Assembly: GCA_947566645.1 (NCBI GenBank) | Contig: CANOKL010000012.1 | Span: 21,951-85,950 of the forward strand | Direction of reading: 5' to 3' | Origin: an uncultured Lachnospiraceae bacterium | Lineage (GTDB): Bacteria > Bacillota > Clostridia > Lachnospirales > Lachnospiraceae | DNA length: 64,000 bases | Shown: piece after piece, positions 8,202 through 16,605 of the stretch | How positions within the stretch are numbered: position 1 is the first letter of the stretch | Layout of the letters: every line of letters begins with the position of its first letter | Program-made: the position numbers and the translations under genes | The notes under the pieces: generated by a model | Seen by the model: only the letters and a program-made list of their open reading frames with translations | Databases searched by the model: none | Told to the model about the DNA's origin: nothing

Positions 8202-9764
8202 CTCCTCAATCCTGCAGCTATGCTCTTTCGTTTTTTCATCATAATTAATTCCAACGAGAAGTAAGTTGCCAGTATACTCTTCTAAAACATTCGGGTAACA
8301 TTTTTCCTTTATCTGGTCAATCGCACTTTCTGCTGTCCGGTTCCACTTTAATTCAATTAAGAGGGCCGGTTTGTCCGCAAACTGTTTCCGCGGAATATAG
8401 ACGATATCGGAACGTCCTTTGCCAGACGGGAGTTCTTTGATCACCGTATAATAATTCCGCGCCACATAAAATGCCAGTGAGATTGTATAGCTGAGGGCAT
8501 TCTCATCATTATACGGTAAGTAAGAGCTCTCATAATGGGCGTTCTGCACTGCCCTGGCGACAAATTCTTCATTGCCATTCCAGACTGCTTCTAACGCGGC
8601 TTTGGAATTCTTAAGTGCTTCTGTTACTTCTCCCCAGTCCGAATTGGTGATCGAATTCACATATTCGTTCAGGATCTCATGGTTCGGGATAAATACTTCT
8701 TCTCTGTCACTGCGGTAACCCAGATAGCCCAGGTGTACCAGAAGCGTCAGCACGTCATCTTTGGAATGAAAGGTAACCATATCATTTGTAAAACTGCGGA
8801 CATTAACCGGCACGCCGTTTTTGCCGTTTATCATGTCAATAATGGCATCTTTCAGTCCTTCAAAGTTCAAGTCAATATAAGCGCGAAGCGCTTCGAAGGT
8901 CTCCGTCTGATTCCAGTAATACTGGAATTTGCCAAAACGCATGGCGCTGACTACTGAACGGGGATTATAAATCGAGCCAGCATCTTCGAGGAAATATCCG
9001 TCATACCATCGCTTTGTCTCTTCAAAATCCATATGGTAGCGTTCGCATAATTCCCTGACCTCTTTCTCTGTAAATCCGACATATTCTGCCAGTTCTCCCT
9101 GGAAGGTCATGGAGAATTCATCGAACATATTAAGCGCACTGTGCGTCCCATATTTTTTGATGGGAAGGATTCCGGTCATATAACACAAAGCGATATAACT
9201 TTTGTCCTTCAGCAAATCCCGCAAGAAATCAAGGTACATCTTCTGCGCCCCGGTTTCTGATTTATACTCCCTGAAAATACAGTCCCATTCATCAATAATA
9301 AGAAGAAACGGAATACGGGTCTGATGAAATATATCCTGCATTGTATATATCAGATCAGTCTCATCAAAATATCTTAAGTCTGGATATTCCTCCGTCAGCT
9401 CCCATAGCAATGACTTTCTTAATAACTGAAGCATCTCCTGCACACTATTGCTTTGGCTTAAAAACTCCTGCATATTCAAAAACAGCACATTATACTGGTT
9501 CAAATATTTCCCAAAGCTTTCATCCTTTGAGATTTCATATCCCTCAAACAATTCCCTGGAATCACACCCGCGGCTATAATATGCCGCAAGCATATCCGCA
9601 GCTACAGATTTTCCAAATCTTCTGGGCCTGCTCATGCTGATATATTTCTGCAGTGAATTCGTGACACGGTTGCAATAACGGATCAGTCCCGTTTTATCAA
9701 CATAGATTTCCGAATTGGTACACTGGAAAAACTTCTCGTTTCCCGGATTCAGGTAGACTCCCAT
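8187..9764 (-). CDS. AAA-ATPase-like + PD-(D/E)XK_9 protein (paralog 2)
   Basis: The ORF track gives 8187-9899, but the first 45 codons run through the repeat (WGRGIFKNTPSP). The likely start is MGVYLNPGNEKFF at 9764, behind AGAAAGGAGGCTTTAC. Motifs: IYVDKTGLI, SRPRRFGKS, LLIIDEWD, GRSDIVYIP...LLIELKW. Confidence 0.75.
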   Translation of the reverse strand: MGVYLNPGNEKFFQCTNSEIYVDKTGLIRYCNRVTNSLQKYISMSRPRRFGKSVAADMLAAYYSRGCDSRELFEGYEISKDESFGKYLNQYNVLFLNMQEFLSQSNSVQEMLQLLRKSLLWELTEEYPDLRYFDETDLIYTMQDIFHQTRIPFLLIIDEWDCIFREYKSETGAQKMYLDFLRDLLKDKSYIALCYMTGILPIKKYGTHSALNMFDEFSMTFQGELAEYVGFTEKEVRELCERYHMDFEETKRWYDGYFLEDAGSIYNPRSVVSAMRFGKFQYYWNQTETFEALRAYIDLNFEGLKDAIIDMINGKNGVPVNVRSFTNDMVTFHSKDDVLTLLVHLGYLGYRSDREEVFIPNHEILNEYVNSITNSDWGEVTEALKNSKAALEAVWNGNEEFVARAVQNAHYESSYLPYNDENALSYTISLAFYVARNYYTVIKELPSGKGRSDIVYIPRKQFADKPALLIELKWNRTAESAIDQIKEKCYPNVLEEYTGNLLLVGINYDEKTKEHSCRIEELGTG

Positions 9765-9856
9765 GTAAAGCCTCCTTTCTTTTACAGTAGCCATACGAAG
9801 CCGCGGATCTTTTCTTATAAGTATACACGAAGCGAAAGAGATGCACAACAGCAAAG

Positions 9857-9894
9857 TTGGGGACGGGGTATTTTTAAAAATACCCCGTCCCCAA
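9857..9894. repeat. 38-bp perfect palindromic element, copy 3
   Basis: TTGGGGACGGGGTATTTTTAAAAATACCCCGTCCCCAA, 5 nt downstream of the permease stop codon. Confidence 0.9.
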
Positions 9895-9898
9895 TTCA

Positions 9899-11260
9899 TT
9901 ATTTTTCAAAGATGGTTCCTTTACAGAATGATCTTGATGTCGGCATGACTTTCATCAGCAGGTAATAAGCCACTCCTGTAGGAATCAGGCTCACATACCA
10001 GGATAGCTGCATTACCAGCAGTGAGCACAGGGATCCGAAGATAATCGCAATGACTGCTGCCCAGTTAATTCCCTTGAAGCATCCCTGTTTGTCATACATG
10101 TCATTGATATCCAGTTTCTTCTTACGAAGAATGAAGTAATCTACTGCCATGACTGCAAAGATTGGTCCGAGGAATGCGGAGTAGAACTGTGTGAAGAGAT
10201 TCAGTCCTGCTGCGGATTCGTCTGTAACCAGTTTCCATGGCATTACGCATGCGGAGAGCACGCCTACAAGGATCGTAGCATGTGTCCATTTCATCTTGAA
10301 GGACTCCATCAGCACGTATGCCGGCGGAACGATATTGTTCAGTACGTTTGTTGTAACCTGTGCAAATGCGATGAAGAGCAGGGTTACGATTGTGAGGACC
10401 TTGCTTCCCATTGTGGTGGAGAATACTACTACCGGGTCGCTGTTTCCTGTTGCTGCTGTTACAAGAAGTCCGATCAGACCCATGAACAGGGTTACAGGAA
10501 GGATTGCTACGGTATAGATACTTGCTGCCTTCACAGGTTTAATGTCATCTGTCGCGTTACGTGAATAGTCGGACGCATTGATGATCATCGTGGAATAAAT
10601 TCCAAGGAAGGACGTGGTTGCTGCCCAGAACGGCATGCCCCATGTTCCCTTGATGCCGGAGAATACGTCCCCGATCTCTGAGGAGAACTGTGTATTTACT
10701 ACATACAGCATGTAGATCAGGATTGCTATAATAAATACGCAGGAAATGTTCTCAAGCCATTTGATTCCCTCGAAGCCCTTGATTGCAAGCAGTACCTGCA
10801 GAAGGGTAAACAGTGCATATACAACCGGAAGGTTACTGATTCCGAAAAGGATATTCAGGCAGCTGTTGATGGCGCCTGCACCTACCCAGCTCTGGAAGCC
10901 AAACCATACAATCGCCGGAAGCCCGCGCAGAACGCCGGGGATCTTAACGCCGGTCGTACCAAAGCTGCTCCTGAGCTGAACGGTGAAGGGGATGCCGTAT
11001 GTATGTCCGCACTCGCCGATAATCGCAAGGGCAATAGCGATAACCAGACACCCGATTACCATTGCCAGGATTGCCTGTGTTACTGTCAGGGCTCCGATCA
11101 GTCCGGCACCCATGGAAAATGTACCGATGGATACACATCCTCCCATAAAGCTTGCCGCATAAGACAGGGTTCCCATAATACGTTTCTTAGTCGGCTGCAG
11201 ATCCGGATCCACATTCTTGACCAGTTCCGGATTTAAGTTTTTATTATCAACTATACTCAT
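9899..11260 (-). CDS. NCS1-family (allantoin/hydantoin/cytosine-type) permease, paralog 1
   Basis: ORF track 453 aa, about 12 hydrophobic segments. NCS1-like FGTTGVKIPGVLRGLPAIVWFGFQSW and NASDYSRN motifs; context next to an allantoinase-like gene. Confidence 0.8.
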   Translation of the reverse strand: MSIVDNKNLNPELVKNVDPDLQPTKKRIMGTLSYAASFMGGCVSIGTFSMGAGLIGALTVTQAILAMVIGCLVIAIALAIIGECGHTYGIPFTVQLRSSFGTTGVKIPGVLRGLPAIVWFGFQSWVGAGAINSCLNILFGISNLPVVYALFTLLQVLLAIKGFEGIKWLENISCVFIIAILIYMLYVVNTQFSSEIGDVFSGIKGTWGMPFWAATTSFLGIYSTMIINASDYSRNATDDIKPVKAASIYTVAILPVTLFMGLIGLLVTAATGNSDPVVVFSTTMGSKVLTIVTLLFIAFAQVTTNVLNNIVPPAYVLMESFKMKWTHATILVGVLSACVMPWKLVTDESAAGLNLFTQFYSAFLGPIFAVMAVDYFILRKKKLDINDMYDKQGCFKGINWAAVIAIIFGSLCSLLVMQLSWYVSLIPTGVAYYLLMKVMPTSRSFCKGTIFEK

Positions 11261-11292
11261 TCTTTCACTCTCTCCTTATTTCTCTTGTATGT

Positions 11293-11369
11293 CCCGGGCG
11301 CGGGGCCAGCACAGCCCTGCGTAATTAACGGTGAATTCTGCAGCGCAGTACCAGAGATTCCCCGCCCGG
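11293..11369 (-). other. GC-rich long imperfect hairpin between the allantoinase-like gene and the permease gene
   Basis: CCGGGCGCGGGG (11294-11305) pairs with CCCCGCCCGG (11360-11369) with one bulge. An inner CTGCG...CGCAG stem sits inside it. No U-tract. Confidence 0.25.
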
Positions 11370-11375
11370 AGCAAA

Positions 11376-12749
11376 TTATTTCAGCTTCTTCACCAGTTCG
11401 CCGGTTCCCTTTTCGCCAACAATCTTGCCGTCTTCTGCGATGACATTGCCGCGTACCAGCGTCATAACCGGAATTCCTTTTCCCTTCAAGCCCACAAAGG
11501 CTGAGATTTTATTGACATACAGAAGGGAATCCTCTGTAATCTCCCATTCCTTCTCTGGGTCAACAATGAGAAGATCCGCGTCAAAGCCTGGCTTAATGTC
11601 GCCTTTCTTTCCATAGATTCCGAATGCCTTCGCAGGCAGTACGGACATAGCATTCGCTAATACGGTCGGGCATACGCCGCGTTTTACAACACCTTCGCTG
11701 AATGCTGCCTGGAAACCGCTCTGGATGCCGGAGCATCCGCCCCATACGTCAAAGACTGTCTCAATCTTGTTGCCGAGAATCTCATTGTACTTCTCGTCAT
11801 AGGAGCACGGGGAATGGTCAGATGCGATTCCGCTGAATACGCCTGCCTTTACATACTCCCACATCTCCTCAACCGCCTCTTTGGGCTGAAGAATCGGCGC
11901 ACACTTGTAAAGTGGTCCTTTTTCTATGACATCTTCATTGCTGAAGGTCAGGTAGTGTGTACAGGTCTCTGCTGTAATATCATACCCCTCATCCTGTGCT
12001 GCCTTGATCTTCTTCGCAACTGCCGGGTGGGATACATGGCAGATGTGAGCCTTACAGCCTGTGGCCTTTGCAATCTCAATAATCGCATCGGTTGCAACAA
12101 TCTCTGCAATCACCGGGCGGGATTCAAGGAATGCCTTCCAGTCATTGCGTCCGGCCTCCTTCATCCTCTTCTCCTGGTTCTTGATGATCGCATAGTCCTC
12201 ACAGTGGAAGCCTGCACGGCCGCCGAACTGCTTAATGATGTCCATGGCTTCTAAAGCCTGGCCGTAATTCAAAGACTCATAGTCCGGGGATACCGGCCCG
12301 ATGAAGGACTTGAAGGATACGCATCCCTTCTCATCCAGATCTTTTAAGTCATTAAAATTATAGCTTGTAAGTCCGCCCCAGAAGCAGAAATCAACATACG
12401 CATTGGGGGAAACCTTATTTTGTTTAAAATCAAATGCTTCCGCATTGGTCATACACGGATCATTCTGAAGAGGCATGTCGATCACGGTCGTATATCCGCC
12501 AAGAGCAGCCGCTGCTGTTCCGTGTTCATAATCCTCACGCCATTCAAAGCCCGGATCATTGAGGTGTGCATGGGTATCAATTGCTCCTGGGAATACATAC
12601 TTCCCTGCCGCATCGATCACCTTTGCTGCCTCCGGCTCATCGCCTGCTGTGAGGACTGCCGCAATCTTACCGTCCTTTATTGCAACATTTCCTTCTATGA
12701 CAGAATCAGCAGTAACGATCTTACCGTTTTTCACCAATACATCATACAT
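11376..12749 (-). CDS. allantoinase-like cyclic amidohydrolase, paralog 1
   Basis: The ORF track gives 465 aa. The better start is MYDVLVKNGK (12749) behind AAGGAGG, matching the paralog's N-terminus. Motifs: GAIDTHAHL (HxH metal site), FKSF (carboxylated-Lys position), HICHVS, SDHSPC. Confidence 0.8.
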   Translation of the reverse strand: MYDVLVKNGKIVTADSVIEGNVAIKDGKIAAVLTAGDEPEAAKVIDAAGKYVFPGAIDTHAHLNDPGFEWREDYEHGTAAAALGGYTTVIDMPLQNDPCMTNAEAFDFKQNKVSPNAYVDFCFWGGLTSYNFNDLKDLDEKGCVSFKSFIGPVSPDYESLNYGQALEAMDIIKQFGGRAGFHCEDYAIIKNQEKRMKEAGRNDWKAFLESRPVIAEIVATDAIIEIAKATGCKAHICHVSHPAVAKKIKAAQDEGYDITAETCTHYLTFSNEDVIEKGPLYKCAPILQPKEAVEEMWEYVKAGVFSGIASDHSPCSYDEKYNEILGNKIETVFDVWGGCSGIQSGFQAAFSEGVVKRGVCPTVLANAMSVLPAKAFGIYGKKGDIKPGFDADLLIVDPEKEWEITEDSLLYVNKISAFVGLKGKGIPVMTLVRGNVIAEDGKIVGEKGTGELVKKLK

Positions 12750-12753
12750 AATT

Positions 12754-13437
12754 TTAGCCTCCTTGTTTTTCATTTCTCTTTTCTATTTCATCCAGAAGAC
12801 GTTTCGTCTCCTGGCAGTATTCAGGAATCTGCTCCACTGAGTGAACCTCACATTCAATCTCCCGTCTCTTATCCGGGACGTTTCCCTTCTGGACCTCCTT
12901 ATCGTACAGTCTGTAGACGCTCTCTGGTCCGTAAATGGACGAAGCCCTGCCCGATCTCAGATAATCCTGTATGGCACATACCGCGTTTAGATTCTGGTAT
13001 CTGTCATAAACTGCACTCTTCTTATAAAGGCTTTCAAGCATCCTTCTTGTACGCTGCTGCGGTTCCTCCAGAAGCTTCACCAGCTCATATGCATGGCAGT
13101 ACTCCTCATATTCCCTCAGAAGCTTCTGGTAAGCCTTCGTCCCCCGCATTTTTAATACAAGGAAGAAAATGACAAGAGCAGCTGTAAATACCGATGCGCC
13201 AATGCCGATCTTCGTATACCCCATAAAAAAAGCAAAGATATCAAACAGCACCCAGGTAACTGAAAGCGAGATCATGCCCAGGGAAGCCCTGTTCCTGTAC
13301 TGCGGCGGCTCCCTGGGAATATAGGTATAGTCCGCATATGCTTCTGCAGTCTTTTTCTGCCTGCAAAGCGACTCCTCCAGCAATACAATATCCCCAAGCT
13401 CCGCCATATACTCTTCCACTGACTTTTTTTCGTCCAT
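12754..13437 (-). CDS. hypothetical protein with two central TM helices
   Basis: ORF track 227 aa. The start overlaps the upstream permease stop (TAATG). Hydrophobic core MISLSVTWVLFDIFAFFMGY...GASVFTAALVIFFLVL between charged coiled-like flanks. I recognise no family. Confidence 0.5.
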   Translation of the reverse strand: MDEKKSVEEYMAELGDIVLLEESLCRQKKTAEAYADYTYIPREPPQYRNRASLGMISLSVTWVLFDIFAFFMGYTKIGIGASVFTAALVIFFLVLKMRGTKAYQKLLREYEEYCHAYELVKLLEEPQQRTRRMLESLYKKSAVYDRYQNLNAVCAIQDYLRSGRASSIYGPESVYRLYDKEVQKGNVPDKRREIECEVHSVEQIPEYCQETKRLLDEIEKRNEKQGG

Positions 13438-14801
13438 TATTTATCTAATGTCGTACCCTTTCTGAAGTTCGCGCATGACGGCATAATCTTCATACCAAAA
13501 TAGAAAATAATAGCCGTCGGAATCGTAGCTGTAAAGAAGGAAATGTCAACATTAAACAGACCGATCACAGCGCCTACTGCAATGGCAATAATTGCCGCCC
13601 AGTTCACGCCCTTATGCTGTCCTTCTTCATTGTACAGATCTTTCAGTAAAGAATCGGAGATCTTTCTTCTGTGGAGAATAAAGTAATCCGTAATCAGTAC
13701 TGCAAAGATTGGTCCGAAGAATGCGGTGTAAATCTTTGTAAACAGAGCAAGGCCTGCTGCAGAGCTGTCATTTGTCAGAACCCATGGACAGGTACATACC
13801 GCAAGGATACCAACAATAATAACTGCTGTCCGGTGCTTCATCTTAAATACATCCATAAATGCATATGCCGGCGGGATTACGTTAGACGCAAGGTTTGTTG
13901 ATAACTGGGCCATAATAATGAAGCACAGAGTTACAACGAGAACAAGCTTGCTGTCAACCATCTCATAAAATGCATTGATCGGGTTTGCAACACCTGTTGC
14001 AGAGCATGCCATAGCGCCGATCATACCAAGAAGTACGGTTGCAGGAACCATAGCGAGGAAATAGGAAATTCCACGTACAGGGCTTGAATAGCCGTCTTTT
14101 ACTTCTCGTGAGTAGTCGCCGGCATTCAGCATAACCGTTGTACTGTTGCCGAAGAATGCAATGATCGCTGCCACGAACGGCATCCCCCATGTTCCTTCGA
14201 TACCAAGAAGGTTCGCGGAAATTGCATCCCACTGTGTTGTCAGGCAGAGGTATAACAGGTAAAGCATAGCAACCGTAATAACCACGCCGCCAATATTTCC
14301 AACCCATTTTGCTCCCTGGAATCCCTTTGTGGAAAGGAAGATCTGAACCAGCTGGAACAAAACAAAGAAGATGACATATCCATACTGAATATCCAGTCCG
14401 AATGCACGGAAGATATTATTAATAGCCGTACCTCCAAGCCATGTCTGATAGCCATACCATACAATCGCCGGAAGACCTCTTATGAATACAGGAACAATAC
14501 TTCCCTTTGTACCAAAGGACATCTTAAGCTGTACTGCATAAGGCGCGCCTGTTACATAGGAAAACTGGTCATTACATGCAATACCAACAACCAGAATGGT
14601 GGAACCGATTAATACCGCAAGGAATAACTGCAGCAGGTTAAGTCCGTTTTCAAGCTGGGCTGAACCCATGGATAAGGTACCGATGGAAATACATCCGCCG
14701 AGCCATAACATGGTATTGGAGCCCCAACTCATGATCCGGTCTTCCTTTTTAATCGGGGCAATTGAGCTGGCCTGTTTCTTTTCGTTATTTACATCACTCA
14801 T
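13437..14801 (-). CDS. NCS1-family permease, paralog 2
   Basis: ORF track 454 aa, colinear with 9899-11260 (FGTKGSIVPVFIRGLPAIVWYGYQTW; NAGDYSRE). Confidence 0.8.
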   Translation of the reverse strand: MSDVNNEKKQASSIAPIKKEDRIMSWGSNTMLWLGGCISIGTLSMGSAQLENGLNLLQLFLAVLIGSTILVVGIACNDQFSYVTGAPYAVQLKMSFGTKGSIVPVFIRGLPAIVWYGYQTWLGGTAINNIFRAFGLDIQYGYVIFFVLFQLVQIFLSTKGFQGAKWVGNIGGVVITVAMLYLLYLCLTTQWDAISANLLGIEGTWGMPFVAAIIAFFGNSTTVMLNAGDYSREVKDGYSSPVRGISYFLAMVPATVLLGMIGAMACSATGVANPINAFYEMVDSKLVLVVTLCFIIMAQLSTNLASNVIPPAYAFMDVFKMKHRTAVIIVGILAVCTCPWVLTNDSSAAGLALFTKIYTAFFGPIFAVLITDYFILHRRKISDSLLKDLYNEEGQHKGVNWAAIIAIAVGAVIGLFNVDISFFTATIPTAIIFYFGMKIMPSCANFRKGTTLDK

Positions 14802-14844
14802 AATCTCTCTCCTTTTTTATAGTAACTGCTCAGTACTCTCACAG

Positions 14845-16248
14845 TTATTTTACCGGCGTGATATACTCGCCATATCCTACTGCTTCATCTTTGTACATGC
14901 CATCAGCTGCAACTACTTTACCTCTGATGATGGTACATGTCGGAGCTCCCTTTCCTTCCTGTCCGTCGAAACAGGATACATGACCCTTGGTAAGAAGCTT
15001 CGTCTGGTCTACTTTCCATGCCTTCTCAGGATCTACGATCACGATATCGCCGTCAAATCCAAGCTCAAATGCACCTTTGCGTCCGTACAGGCCGAAGATC
15101 TTCGCCGGATTGTAATCCATAACCTTTGCGATTAAAGTCGGGCTTAATCCCTTCTTATTCACAACCATATCGAACATCATCGGAAGGAAGAACTGGATTG
15201 CGTTCAGTCCGCCCCATGCATGCCAGATATCCTTTGTTGCATTATCCTTCTCCTCATCTGCTGCCGGAGAATGGTCGCTTCCTACGCAGGACAGGGTTCC
15301 GTCAAGAACATAGTCCCAGAGCTTTTCCATATCTTCCTTTGTACGCATCGGCGGCGTACATTTTGCCGGAGCGCCCTTTTCGAATACGAAGTCCTCTGTA
15401 AATCCAAGGTAGTGAGGACAAGTCTCAGCCGTGATCGGAAGCCCTTCATGGATGGCGTCCTTTACAACCTGTGCTACCATCGGATGACTTACATGGCAGA
15501 TGTGTACACGCCCACCTGTAGCTCTCGCCATGTCAATCACATTCTTTGTAGCAACATACTCTGTCCATACATCATGGGAATCCAGGAAATCACGGATCTT
15601 CTGCTCGTTTGTCTGGCCTTCCTTTGCCTTTGCTTCCTTCTCTCTCTCCAGCACCTGGCCGTACTCTTCGCAGTGGAAACCGCACAAAGCACCATATGGC
15701 TTTAAGATCTCAAGCGCCTTACGGACATTTCCCATGTTCACTGTGGGGAACAGGTCGCCGTTAGGGCAGGTAAATCCTTTGAAAGCGGCAACGCCGCAGT
15801 TATGCAGGTCTACCAGGTCATTCATGTTGTTCTTTACGGAACCCGGCTTGTCGTCATAGTCACCTACAAGCCCGCCCCAGAGCGCGTAGTCAACAACAGA
15901 GTGTTTGCTGATCCTGCCCATCTTAAGATCAAAGATTTCTTTGTTCATAAGAGACGGATCATTGTTGAGCGGCATATCGATCAGTGTCGTACAGCCTGCC
16001 ACAGCTGCTGCCCGTGACCCTGTCTCAAAGTCCTCTCTGTACTCAAAGCCAGGCTCATTCAGATGCGCATGACAGTCGATAATTCCCGGGAACACGTAAT
16101 TGCCCTTTGCATCAATTGTCTCCTTCGCTTCCGCCTCGGTTCCGGGCGCAAAAAATGCAGCATACTTTCCATCCGTGATGGCAATGTCTGCTTCATAGAT
16201 ACGGTCCGGAGTTACTAGTTTTCCATTTCGAATCACTAAATCGTACAT
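14845..16248 (-). CDS. allantoinase-like cyclic amidohydrolase, paralog 2
   Basis: ORF track 467 aa. MYDLVIRNGK..., GIIDCHAHL, AFKGF, HICHVS, SDHSPA. By eye roughly half the residues are identical to paralog 1 in the N-terminal 100 aa. Confidence 0.8.
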   Translation of the reverse strand: MYDLVIRNGKLVTPDRIYEADIAITDGKYAAFFAPGTEAEAKETIDAKGNYVFPGIIDCHAHLNEPGFEYREDFETGSRAAAVAGCTTLIDMPLNNDPSLMNKEIFDLKMGRISKHSVVDYALWGGLVGDYDDKPGSVKNNMNDLVDLHNCGVAAFKGFTCPNGDLFPTVNMGNVRKALEILKPYGALCGFHCEEYGQVLEREKEAKAKEGQTNEQKIRDFLDSHDVWTEYVATKNVIDMARATGGRVHICHVSHPMVAQVVKDAIHEGLPITAETCPHYLGFTEDFVFEKGAPAKCTPPMRTKEDMEKLWDYVLDGTLSCVGSDHSPAADEEKDNATKDIWHAWGGLNAIQFFLPMMFDMVVNKKGLSPTLIAKVMDYNPAKIFGLYGRKGAFELGFDGDIVIVDPEKAWKVDQTKLLTKGHVSCFDGQEGKGAPTCTIIRGKVVAADGMYKDEAVGYGEYITPVK

Positions 16249-16311
16249 GTACTGTACCTCCTTAAAAATTTAAAAAACAACTGGTCAACCCTTTTTTAAC
16301 ATCCTATATGT

Positions 16312-16340
16312 ATTTTAATGCAAAATCATGCAAAGCACAA
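16312..16340 (-). promoter_or_regulatory. weak candidate promoter for the allantoinase/permease operon
   Basis: The minus strand reads TTGTGC-17 nt-TAAAAT within a 327-nt AT-rich divergent intergenic region. Confidence 0.2.
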
Positions 16341-16605
16341 TATCATTAATTATCAAATATGAAACTCTTTTTTTGTGAAATATAGACAAAAACAAACGCT
16401 GTTTCATAAATTTTGAAGAATATCTATTCAAATCATCTCATATTACGACATGTTCCGATTAAAATATGTACAAAAAAAATTAAAATTTTAGCAACCACTT
16501 TTTAATATTTCCCAATTGTTTTTTTATTCCACTTCTGATAACATATCTATCATAAATATTGCCAAATAAATAACAATGAATACAGTAGAAAGGGGATCTG
16601 CTTCC

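Noticed and set aside
8187-9899. The full 570-aa ORF-track model with N-terminus MNWGRGIFKNTPSP....
   Set aside because: The first 45 codons are read-through of the palindromic repeat and spacer. A strong RBS plus the family-typical N-terminus occur at Met 46 (9764).
12420-13172. Long plus-strand ORFs antisense to confident minus-strand genes (also 25556-26194, 37878-38555, 42968-43501, 54387-55169, 57414-58322, 58449-59180, 61651-62349 and others).
   Set aside because: They have low-complexity S/P/L/C-rich translations, no RBS, complete overlap with well-supported genes on the other strand, and no recognisable motifs. They are typical shadow ORFs.
4751-16300. A shared GGTTGACCA(+A-tract) motif just downstream of the two predicted promoters of the ureide operons (rc of 4751-4760 and 16291-16300) as a common operator.
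   Set aside because: It is only a 9-mer match. Between two roughly 300-nt regions, about 0.3 such matches are expected by chance, and it resembles a plain -35 box (TTGACC also occurs in the ABC-operon promoter). It would need many genomes to be evaluated.
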